Source: Ancylonema sp. | Lineage: Eukaryota | Assembly (NCBI GenBank): GCA_050230475.1 | Contig: JBFLGF010000127.1 | Location: forward strand, 1-64,000 | DNA: 64,000 bases | Reading direction: 5' to 3' | Part shown: one piece after another, positions 49,672 to 60,748 of the stretch | Layout of the letters: each line of letters opens with the position of its first letter | Numbering within the stretch: position 1 is the first letter of the stretch | Translations under genes and position numbers: made by a program | The notes under the pieces: generated by a model | What the model was told of the DNA's origin: nothing | The model's input: the letters and a program-made list of their open reading frames with translations, nothing else | The model's database searches: none

Positions 49672-52600
49672 TGTAGTATAAGGCAATCTATAATATCCTT
49701 AGAACGAGGTTCGTACTAGTGAATAGACTTTGGTATAAAGAGAATTGTACTGGCTCGTTGTAATGCGAACGGAAATTAAAGTAATTGTTATAAATGAGGT
49801 CTTCAAAGTATTTGACCGCATACACGCTAGTTTGACTGGTTAAATATGAAGCATCGTTTAATTTACGTGAACGTTTAGAAGTTAAGAAGTTATAGAACTA
49901 CTTGTGCATGAAGTTGACCGTTTGGTGCAATGCATTGCATGTGGTTCATAATGTAGGAAGTCCATTCGTTTTTGGAATGGCCATAGTCGTTAGACATTTC
50001 GTTGGTGAAACGGTCATAACAACTTCTAGCAAGTTAGACATTGGACGAATATAGTCCAAGCATTGTCTTTAGATAATTTAATTCATTCATTGCACATCAA
50101 CCAAGTATGGCATTTCGTTTATGATTCCGTGCTTTGAAGTAAGTCAAGTATGATCAAGTTCATATGCACTCGGGGTTGACTCGTTTGTATTTCAGTTTAT
50201 TAGTGCCACAGCCTAGCATGGCTCATGGTACATCAATTGGTATCAGAGCCAACGGAGATCTATACAACTTTCAAAAGCCGCGACTAATTTTGAAAGATGG
50301 CAATTATGGTTGGTGGTCAACAGTACTTGAACAAATGCTCCGGGAGAAGAAATTTTGGGGCCACGTGCAAGGCACAATGGCAGTACCTGCAGTAAGTCTC
50401 GTGCTAGGCGCAGAGCCACTCCCGCGGGGGCAACAATTCCCGCCATCGTCGCCGCCATGGGCGTAGCAGCTGAAGCCGGAGTCGCAGCCGTCGCAGCGAT
50501 CGCGGGAGTCACTCAAGTTCAAGTCGACGCATCGCGGGTTCGACCAGTGCGCGATAAACGGGGCGAAGGCCAACACGATGATTTTATTGACGCTGGAACA
50601 GGGCGACGTGATGTCGTTGCTCGCGTTTCCATCAGCATCCGGCAAATGGACGAAACTTGCCGCTGACCATGTTTCAATTACGATCTCGAAGGGCATAAAC
50701 GCAAATAAAAAAAACTAGTCATCTTCGTTCATGGCTGGCGAATCAGTTTATAAGCTCCGTTAGCGTTTTGATGGTCTTGTGACTGAATGCATTTTGCAAG
50801 GAATAATTTTGATAGAGAATCAGAAGACGAGCGTTCTGCTCACGCACCCGACCGAGCGCTGGAGGACGTTTATCGATTCAGTTTCGCTTCAAGTGCCTTT
50901 TCCGATGACGACCATAATTTTTCAGCAGATCGGAAAAATGGAACGCGCGCGAAGAAAAGGAGCATGTGGAGGCAAACTTCTCAGCATCAAGACGTCAGAC
51001 GAAGACGAACCCTTCCGCGAGACAATAAATTTCACAGCGACACGAAGACAATCAGCGAGACGCGCTTCAACCGGGATCAGCGAATCCGTGTTTCTGCTGC
51101 GGCAGCCATCAGCACCTGCTCAGAAATTACCCGGAGAAGGAGCTCTCCTGCAAAGTCTGCAGGAAGAAGGGCCGTCTCGCGCATATGTGCAGCAGAGGAA
51201 ATCAACAGCCGCCAGCAACGGCGCAAAAGGCGCTCGCGGACCGACCATCTCTTCCCGCGGGTCGTCCAAAGAAGGTGGAGTATGCAAAAGGGACGAAACG
51301 TGAATCGGCTCTTAAGAATTCGCATGAAGGAATGGCGGTCGAAACAATTGAAGTTGATACGTCTAATGTTTCAGAGGCATCGAGTGATGAATGGCTGGCA
51401 GATTCGGGTGCTAGCCGGCACATTTGTAATAATATTCGAATGTTATGGAATGTTAGGCAATTGGAAGTTCCCATGATTGTTCGACAATTGGTAGGCGAAG
51501 TTACCGTTACTACGTGCGGGACGGCGAAAATTGAATGTGAAAATGAGACGGGCGCGGTGTGAGCGACATAGTCGCTTCGCAACACACGCGGACTATTATT
51601 TAGCCCAACACTCGCACTCGCATACTCGCCCTCGCACTCGCACTCGCACTCGCACTCGCATCCACGCACACACACGCGAAAATCATACACTACGCAAAGT
51701 CAGACTGCTTAGGATCTGAAATAAAAGAGTTTGGTACAAAAGAGAATCTCTATAATAGTCTAGCCGTAAATCCGGGACATTTCAAGAAAGGTACCACTTC
51801 GCATGCCATGATGCAGCCAAAAGTGTTCTTGTCCGATTCACGGCCCTAGATACATCGGACGATCAATCTAAACTACATACGAGAAATCTGAATTGGTGTC
51901 GCACCCACACGTCGCGCCACTAACACTACACGTCTACACAAGACTACGCGTCACTAACACATTCACCGATACAACATTTTCGCCAATTCCGTCACTAATT
52001 TGTCAAATCAAAATAACACGTCACGTCACTACTAAAGTTTAGTACAGTCACCAAGTTCATTCAATCATTTCATAGACTCATTTCACACACGCATATCGAT
52101 CCCCGCCGAATCAAAACGAAACAAAATACTCCGTCTATCGAATACCCGTTCACTACTAGAGCTAATTTACCCAATCCAACTCAACCCTTGTATAATATAC
52201 ACTTGACATATTTTCAGCCATCTTTCACCACTTCTCTCTACAAACATTTTTCAGGGATCTTCCCCACACGCGGTACTTCAGATCGATCTGTATGACGCGC
52301 TTCTAATTCCTAACCTTCGCGTGAATCTTTTCAGTTTACAGAAAATGAGTTAGGCCCGCATACGTTTTAGTACCCAGAAGAATTAGGTACGACATGGATG
52401 GTGAATAAGTCAGGAGTAATTATTGAGAGTGTGGACGAAAGTTCTGTAGGGAGACCATCTCTTAATTGCCGTACGTTTCTACGTGAGCTAGATGACTACT
52501 CTGTTATGTCTTCTGTGGTGAATCCAGGTTCAGGTGCTTCTGCTGCCGTCGTGGAGTCTGATGCCGCAACTAGCGGTAATACAGGGACTTCGCCAGTTGT

Positions 52601-52930
52601 TGTGTCCGCTCCCTCCGCTGCCGCAGCTAACGCCGCTGCCGAGACCGCAGCAGCCGCACCTGAACCAGCACAAGAAGAAGCGAGACCGGCGATCACAATC
52701 GACCTTCTTCATCGTCGCACCGGCCACACCGCCCTGACGACTAGTCAGCGGTTACCCGGTGGCAACATGGTTCGAGGTCTCGAAGGAGGCATCACTGGAA
52801 CACTCGGCGTGTGTCGCGGAGGCATGCTTGGAAAGTCAATGGCCAAGCCGCACCGTTCAGAAGATCCAACCATGCGCGCCGACCGTCCACTTCAATTAGT
52901 CCATGCTGACCTGGCTGGACCAATCAAGCC
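49672..52930 (+). mobile_element. Second Ty1/copia element, 3'-truncated (5' LTR start uncertain; LTR ends ~50235)
   Basis: PBS TGGTATCAGAGCC at 50238-50250; gag (LKDGNYGWW..WGHVQG), zinc knuckles, protease EWLADSGASRHIC, LLHRRTGH, integrase start LQLVHADLAGPIKP; ends abruptly near 52930. Confidence 0.85.
51558..52268. mobile_element. Solo LTR (711 bp) inserted in the copia protease region
   Basis: TGTG...CACA ends; perfect TSD CGCGG (51553-51557, 52269-52273); protease frame resumes after it (LQIDLYDALLIPNLRVNLFS); internal (CTCGCA)n repeat. Confidence 0.88.
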
Positions 52931-53079
52931 TGTGTCGTGCCTTTTAACATCATGTATCATTCACACGTGTAAGCCATTGGTAATAACGAACATCGTTGTA
53001 AAGTGCACTTAGCGCGTGCGAATCGCGTTTCATCTTATCACATGAAATGTATACACATCGAATTATGACCTAGCCAAAG

Positions 53080-56000
53080 TGTTAGGACCACTCCCTATAG
53101 GCACTAGTGCTTCTCTAGTGAGTACTCCTATCCCGCACTTGTGTGCTTCTAGTGAGTGCTACTAGTTCTCCCATATACTGTATGTGTGTTTATGATGTGA
53201 AGTATGCTGCAACATATTTGTATATTAATGATGTTTATGTAGTCCGGCCAAAGTTGTCGTAATAGCGCGAGGTCTAAAGACGCGATTCGGTGATTGTGGT
53301 GATTCGATTGATTTCGCGTCTATGACTTGAAGTGACGTTTTTCCGGATGTGTTTAGAATTGAGACGCGTGTCGCTTTTGTTTGTATTCGGTTGTTAGTTG
53401 TACACGTTAGTTTGTGACGGCATGTGTCCGACGAATGTGTTAGTGACAACGTGGCGGATTTGGCGCGCGTGACTCAATCTTAGTTGATTGGAATTTGAAT
53501 GGTTAGTGCGTTTTGTTTGGATCGAGGGTCTTAGTCAATTGTCATTGGATTAGAATTACTTACCGCCGAGGAGGCAAGGTCACACCAGATTGGATTCCGA
53601 GATTCAGACGTAAAACGAATATAGGTACAATTTCTCCTCCGGTGTTGTTTTTACTTACTTCGTGAAAGGAGACTTTGTAAATGGGTTTTCGCAAGTGTTT
53701 GTGTTAATGCGAATGAGTTGTGTTTAAGTGTTGTGCAATTACGTGTTAGGACGCAATGGCGTCAACTGTTTATGCTTCTTTAGTATAAATACATGTTAGG
53801 AGCATATTAGTCTTTGCTCCTAACAACTCATGTACTTACTTCACATTTACCATCTCCATTCCCCATAAGTTTCTATGTGTATGTTTGTGCTTAACTATTA
53901 AGCTCTGTCGCTTCTCTCCCTAAGCGCCGTAACACTTTGTCAGGAGAATTTTTTCCATTTTGAATTTTCTAAAATGGACGCTTTCCATCATCCGGGATGC
54001 GGAGACGTACTTGTCTAGGCTTCATTTTCCTTTCTCTTTTTGTTCTTTCTCCATTTCATTCATACATCTCCATATGCAATATGGACAACTTCGAAGCTCC
54101 CGAAGTGGTTATGACGGATACGGAACGCATTTTACAATTAGAATTAGCACAATATCAATCAATGGAGAAGTTAAACCGTTTTGTTTCTCAACCAGCCACT
54201 CACGTTCCCCCTACTCCTCCTCCCCCTCCTCCCCTCCTCAACCTAATCTCAACCTCCCTACCCCTCCTTCATTCTCAGGGCTGGCTGCCGAACTTCCTGA
54301 ATTCAAAATGAATGTGCCAGTTCCTAAACGGCAATCCTCATACCTACACTACCTCTCGAACCCAACTTCTCTACGCCGGACAATCTTATTGCCCGGCTAA
54401 CCAATGGTACCGGGCCCATGTGGACCCCGCCACCCAAGAACTCCCTCCCTCCTATGATCCCGCTTCCTTTTTCCACGAGTTGGAGGACTTCTTTGGTGGT
54501 GCGGTCACACTTCAGTCTCAAGAGAGGGCCCTGCGATCACTACGACAAACAGGATCAGTTTCTGAACTTGCTATTGCATTTCAGACCATAGTCCACACCT
54601 TCTCTCCTCTCTGGGCTGATCATCCCCTCATCTACACATTTTCAAATAAGCTTAAAGAAAATATTCGTTTTGAACTCATGGCCCGGGGTTCTCTCCCCAC
54701 CACTTTTCAAGCTTACCTCATGGCGGCTATTGCGGTGGAGCAGAATCAGGCGGCCGCCCCTCTGTCCCGATCTCAGCCCTCCCCCTCAGCCACCACGTCC
54801 ACCTTTCATTCCCAAACTCCTCCCTCTGGCAAACCCCCCCCCTCGTCCCCCTGCCCCCAGCCCCTCCGGCCCCACCCCCATGGATACGGTTCCCGGGGTC
54901 CCAAGGGTGCTCTTACCCCCGAGGAACGCCGTCGCAGGGCTGAGGGGGGTCTTTGTGCATACTGCGGGGGGGCAGATCATACCATCGCCACTTGTCCCCA
55001 CGCTGCCCACATCAGGCAGGCCAGAGGCACCTTTTCGCACCTCCCCCTTTTCCCCGCCCTCCCAGCCGGTTACCAATTCCCCCCCCCCGGTTACCCTTAT
55101 ATTCCCCCCCCGGTTTCCCTCCTTCCTCGGGCCCCTTTCCAGGGCCCTGGAACCTCATCCCTAACCCTCATGCCGCCCGCTCTGTCAAAAAACTCCGCCG
55201 CCGCCGCCGCCGCTGCCGCTGCTCAGTCAAAAAACTCCCACCCCAGCCAGTAGGAGCCTAGCTGAGTGGCACCCTTCCCCTTCCCCACCCCCTGCCATCT
55301 CTCTCTCATGGTGCACCTCCTCGTACCTGGTCAGCCGCCAATCCTTGTAGCTGCGCTGATCGATTCTGGAGCCTCCGATAGCTTCCTGGACCCCTCTATC
55401 CTGGTTCGCTATCACCTGCACCCTCTTCCTCCCCCTGTCCCCATTTCTCTGGAACTCATCGATGGCAGTGTTCCTGCCACTGGTCCCATTACCCACTCCA
55501 CAACTTTCCCTCTCATCTCCGCATTCATGGGGCTCATACAGAGGCACTCACCTTCCAGCTTCCAGGTTACCAGACTTGGCCACTTCCAGCTTGTACTGGG
55601 GTTTCCCTGGCTGCAGCGCCACAATCCCCGCATCGACTGGTCCAAAGGCGTGCTGACGTTCGACTCCCCCCTCTGTACTACCACCTGCCTGTCCCCTCCC
55701 CTTTCCCCCCCTCCCCCCCCCCCCCCTCCTTTCACTCCTTTCCCTGACCTCCATTCCCCTTCTCTCCTTCCTCTCTTACTGGCACTACCTCTCCTCCTCT
55801 TTTTTTCCAACCCCCTTCCCCCACACCACCCCGACCTTTTCACACAAGTTCCGGCAGCTTACCACGACTACCTCGATGTCTTCTCGGAGGAGCAGGCCAA
55901 CAAGCTCCCGCCCCATCGGAAGTACGACCTGCAAATCCCCATGCTGCCCAACACGAAGCCTCCCTGGGGCCGCATCTACATCTACAGCATGTCTGCAGTG

Positions 56001-59000
56001 GAGCTAGTGGCCATGAAAGCTTTTACATCAAGGCTTACCTGGCCAACGGTTTCATTCGTCCATTCCCAGTCGCCTGCTGCAGCTCCGGTCATTCGTCAAG
56101 CGACCTGATGGGATGGGAAGCTCCGCCTCGTCGTGGACTACCGGGGCCTCAACGCTGTCACTGTGAAGAATCGCTTCCCCCTCCCCCTCATTCCCGAAAT
56201 GCCGCCTCCCGCACCACGCAAAGGTGTTCACGAAAATAAACCTGCGCAATGCATACCATCAGGTGCGGGTGAAGGAGGGGGATGAGAAAACAGCGTTAAG
56301 GTGCAGGGAGGGGCATTTCGAGTACCAGGTGTGCCCCCAGGGGCCCACCAACGCCCCTGCCATGTTCTAGTTCTTCATGAACGACATCCTCCGAGAACGC
56401 CTGGATATTATCTGCGTGGGGATTCTCGACGATGTCATCGTCTTCTCTGCTACCCCTGTAGAGCACGTTAAGCACGTCCGTACCATCCTGGACATCTTGC
56501 GAAAGCACAAGCTGTACGCCAAAATCGAGAAGTGTGAGTTCGACAGGGAGGAGATGACGTTCGCGGGGTTTCTGGTATCTAAATCAGGCATAGGGATGGA
56601 TCCAGCTAAGGTGGCAGCTGTCATGGAGTGGCCTACCCCCAAAAACCTAGAGGAGGTCCAGTCCTTCCTAGGGGTTGCTTATTTCTACAAAGTTCATCCT
56701 CCACTACAGCTCCCTCACGTCCCCCCTCACCTCTCTCACCCGCAAAGGCGTCCGCTTCATCTGGTCCCTAGCAGCCGATGCCGCGTTTCGGCAGCTCCAG
56801 CTTGCCTTCACATCTCCACCTGTTCTGCAGCACTTCCAATCCGATCTACCCATCACTGTGGAGGCGGACGCGTCCGACTTCGCCTTGGGCTGCATCCTGT
56901 CCCATACCAACCCCGATGGCGAGCTGCACCCTCTTTGCTACTACTCGCGGAAGTTCAGCCCTGCCGAACTCAACTACCCAATCTACGATAAGGTGCTGCT
57001 GGCGTCGAGGCGTTCAAATGGTGGCGAGTCTACCTGGAAGGAGTTGCTGCACCTGTCAAATTCTACACGGATCATAAAAACCTGGAATACTTCAGCACTG
57101 CTCGCACTACGTCGCGGAGGCATGCCCGGTTGGCGGCTACCCTCGCGGCCTACACCTACACCATCGTCTACCGCAAGGGAGCGGCTAACGGCAAGTCCGA
57201 TGCGCTGTCCCGGAGACCAGACCACATTCCCCCTCCCCTCCCCTCCCTCCCCATCCTTCCCCCCTTCCCCTGCAGCACCCCTTCTTCACACTCCCTACCT
57301 GGTCGGCGCTGCAGTCATGTGTCCCCCTCAGATCCTCTCCTTCCAGAGAGCTGCTGCCCAGGCGACGGATCCTCCCCTTTCTGCAACAATTCAATCACTC
57401 CTAAGGGGGCCTGGCGGGGAGTCAGACCCCGCATTGCCAGGAGGCAGCCCATCGGGCAGGTCGGCGGGTCAGTTCATCATTCAGGGGGGCATTCTCTATC
57501 ACCAGGGGCGCATTCTCATTCCCCCGACATCAACAACCCTCATCCTCAAGATCCTCCGCCAATACCACGACTCTCCACTCGCTGGGCACTACGGCGTGGC
57601 GCGGACGCAGGCCTTGGTGGGGCAGTACTTCAATTGGCCGGGGCTGGCTACAGCTGTCGAGGCCTACGTGCGCAGGTGTGACGCGTGCCAGCGAAACAAG
57701 GTGGTGCCGCACGGGCCCTTCGGGCTCCTGAACCCCCTTCCTATCCCCGCTATACCCTGGAGCAGTGTGTCCATGGACTGGATTACGGACCTGCCACCGA
57801 GCAACTACTACGACGCAATTCTCTTGGTGGTCGACCGAGTTACCAAACAGGCAATTTTCATCGCCACGACAAAATCCATGTCGGCGCCTGACGTGGCTTC
57901 CCTGTTCATCCAGGTTCATCCGGCTTCATGGCTTGCCAGATTCTCTGATATCAGTGATCGCGATCCGGTGTTCACATCCCACTTCTGGCGCCGACTTCTA
58001 GAACTCCTGGGGATTCGTGCCAACCGCTCTTCCGCCTTCCACCCCCCAGACGGATGGCCAGACGGAGCGGGGATATGAACTCGGTGTTGGAGCAGTACTT
58101 GAGGATGTACTGCGACTTCCAACAGACCGACTGGGCCAGCCTGCTCCACATGGCAAAGTTCTCCTACAACAACTCTCAGCACTCATCCACTACTCTGAGC
58201 CCGTTCTACGCAAACTACGGGCTCCATCCCCGCATGTCCCTGCTCCCCCCCTCCCCCGATTCCCCAACCCCAGCCGCGGACTCATACGTGCTCAGACTCC
58301 GCGAGGCCCAAGTCACCCTTCGGGAGCTCCTAAAAGCTAGGAAAGCGAAGGAGCTCTCCGCGAATCGGCGTCGGCGACTGGCTCCAGATCTTGTTCCGGG
58401 ACAAAAAGTGTGGCTCCTTCGCCGACATGTTCAAACCACCCGTCCTTCCTCCAAATTGGACGTGCGCCGACTCGGTCCTTTCGTCATCATCGAAAAAGTC
58501 GAGCTTTCTGCCTTCCGTCTGGAGCTGCCACCGTCCATGAAGATCCATCCTGTCTTCCACATCAGCCTGCTGGAGCCGCATGTGGCAAACACGGTCCCGG
58601 GCCGAGTCGTGGAGGTCCCCCTCCCCATCCAGGTGGACGGGCTACCTGAGTTCGAGGTTAATTCTATCCTCGATTCCCGATTCCGGCGGCGCAAGTTGCA
58701 GTACTTCGTCGATTGGGTGGGCTACGACGAGTCTAAAAGATCTTGGGAACCGGCCGCCAACTTATCCCATGCTGCCTTAGCAGTTCAACAATTTCATCAA
58801 ACAATTCCATCAAAGCCAGGTTCACCGACACTAGCCACAGAGACACTCTAGATCTCAGTTTTTTGTTTTTTGGAAACTATCCCGCGTTACCTTAACCTTT
58901 TTCTTTTCAGAAGCATTTTTTTTTCTTGTCTCGTACCCGGTGTCCGTCTACTCGACTTAAAGGGGGGGTAGTGTTAGGACCACTCCCTATAGGCACTAGT

Positions 59001-59247
59001 GCTTCTCTAGTGAGTACTACTATCCCGCACTTGTGTGCTTCTAGTGAGTGCTACTAGTTCTCCCATATACCTGTATGTGTGTTTATGCATCTTTAGTATA
59101 AAGACATGTTAGGAGCATCTTAGTCTTTGCTCCTAACAACTCATGTACTTACTTCACATTTACCATCTCCATTCCCAATAAGCTTCTATGTGTATGTTTG
59201 TCTTAACTATGAAGCTATGTCGCTTCTCTCCCTAAGCGCCGAACACT
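53080..59247 (+). mobile_element. Ty3/gypsy chromovirus (Tcn1/Tf1-like), complete but frameshifted; LTRs 53080-53934 (with insertion) and 58972-59245
   Basis: Matching LTRs TGTTAGGACCACTCC...AACA; gag (LRQTGSV, CAYCGGADHTIATC), protease (ALIDSGAS), RT ([20 protein letters not shown]), RNase H (EADASDFALG), integrase (H..GH..C..C, VSMDWIT, ISDRD), chromodomain (FEVNSILDSR..LQYFVDWVGY..SWEP); purine tract AAGGGGGGG before the 3' LTR. Confidence 0.96.
53193..53766. mobile_element. ~570-bp insertion inside the gypsy 5' LTR, probably a solo LTR
   Basis: Absent from the 3' LTR; flanked by direct repeat TGTTTATG (53187-53194, 53767-53774); TGATG...CGTCA-like ends; shares GAATGTGTTAGTGAC in reverse with the 51558-52268 solo LTR. 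Confidence 0.7.
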
Positions 59248-59947
59248 AAAGTCCGCCACACACACGTGCGCACTAACATAAAGCATTGTACTCACACCAT
59301 GCAAGTGTACCACATGCCAAGATGAATTGAGCTCCCGTGACATTCAGCTTTGCACTCGGTGCAGTTAGTGAAATAGGGGGTAGCCGAAAACAAGGGTTGA
59401 CCTCCAATCATTGAGATGCCGGATCTGAAAGTTCGTAAAATCCCCCCATTAATGTTGATCTCAAAACTTTACAAATGAGACATGCACTCATAATGTAACA
59501 ACTTTGGCCAACAAAATACACCCCCCCCCAAATGTGCACATTGGTGGGTATAAATATTGCATCATCCGAAAGGAGTGATGTGTGGGCCATGCAATCCTTA
59601 AGGAGTTGCCCTTCTTGTAAAAAGCTTGGGTTGTTGTGCGTGAGTGCGCGAAACTATGAGATGGGTCAAACTCAGCTATACTCAACAAGCTCGATCTACG
59701 ACAGAATTCGACGGTCAGCTACGTTATCAGAGTATGATAAGCAAGCCAGCCTACATGCAGATAACACGATCGCGATGTACAGTAAATGCACAAATAACGT
59801 TTAAGCACCACGATAGCGTTAGAGTGTCACAAAGTGAGAGTGTAAGGTGCTGCACAGCTGCAGTCACCGAACGTCACTAGATTGTCGTCTAGTGTAATGC
59901 GAAACGTTATGAACGTATGCTACTTTCGTCTACATGTATATTCCTGC

Positions 59948-60037
59948 CACTATGCCGGCAAGGTCAGACGTCCGTGCCGCAAGGGTTCCCGTCACTATGC
60001 TGGCAGGGTCAAACGTCCGTGCCGCAAGGGTCACACC
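59948..60037. repeat. Two tandem ~45-bp units CACTATGC.GGCA.GGTCA.ACGTCCGTGCCGCAAGGGT
   Basis: Read directly. Confidence 0.85.
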
Positions 60038-60159
60038 ACGTACGGTGCATCAACAATACGGGAGTAGCGTGACAATCATCTACACCGCTATAAAGCGAAA
60101 CTACTTGCGCCACTATCGCCTGCACCGGTTCTTGATTGCAATCGGTGGCGCAACACGCC

Positions 60160-60518
60160 ATATAGGCACACGATCATATATGGATTGACATCATGTTTTT
60201 TCGAGTTTGCCTCGATATGCGTATCGATGTACGATACGATAAGATTCGATACGGCTCGTGTCTCATTCCAGCGGGGAAAAAAACTAAATTCTAAAATCGC
60301 CAATTTCGTGTTTTTTGAAAAAGGATGCATTGAAAAATTCGTAAATAGACACATTCTAGTTGTAACGCTTGTTTTTTTTAGTGTATCAGCCCCATGTACA
60401 CAAGTTTGGCACGACACGTGCATCGCATATCGGGGCGATACGATACGGGCCAAACGCCGTATCGGGCCGTATCATATCGTAAACGTATCCGATACGCTAC
60501 GCGCATAGTGCAACTATG
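60160..60518 (-). mobile_element. Second, diverged copy of the hAT-like MITE in reverse orientation (left end degenerate)
   Basis: Ends ...GTGCAACTATG at 60518; reverse complement aligns with 5171-~5510 (e.g. ACGAGCCGTATCG...CGATACGC.TATCGAGGCAAACT). Confidence 0.7.
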
Positions 60519-60748
60519 GATCTCCGCCTTGATGATTGGCAACAACATTTGATATCGCACGCAGGTCATGTAGAAACCGCTTTTGCCTTAAAGAGAGCGG
60601 CCATGCTCCTTAATTTTTTATATCAAAGAGTCCTTCGAATCACATGCTTCGAGTAACATGTTGTCCCGATTCAGGAAGCCATCACACAAATGTAACATAA
60701 AATTTGAAGTGGTTACACTCATATTAAAAAAGAACATCATCACACATG

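Noticed and set aside
52931..59342. A further LTR (TGTG... to ...GTGACA) hosting the gypsy
   Set aside because: No matching TSD, and the copia integrase does not resume afterwards.
59948..60037. CRISPR-like array (also considered for 3894-3955)
   Set aside because: Plain tandem units with no unique spacers and no cas genes, in a eukaryotic context.
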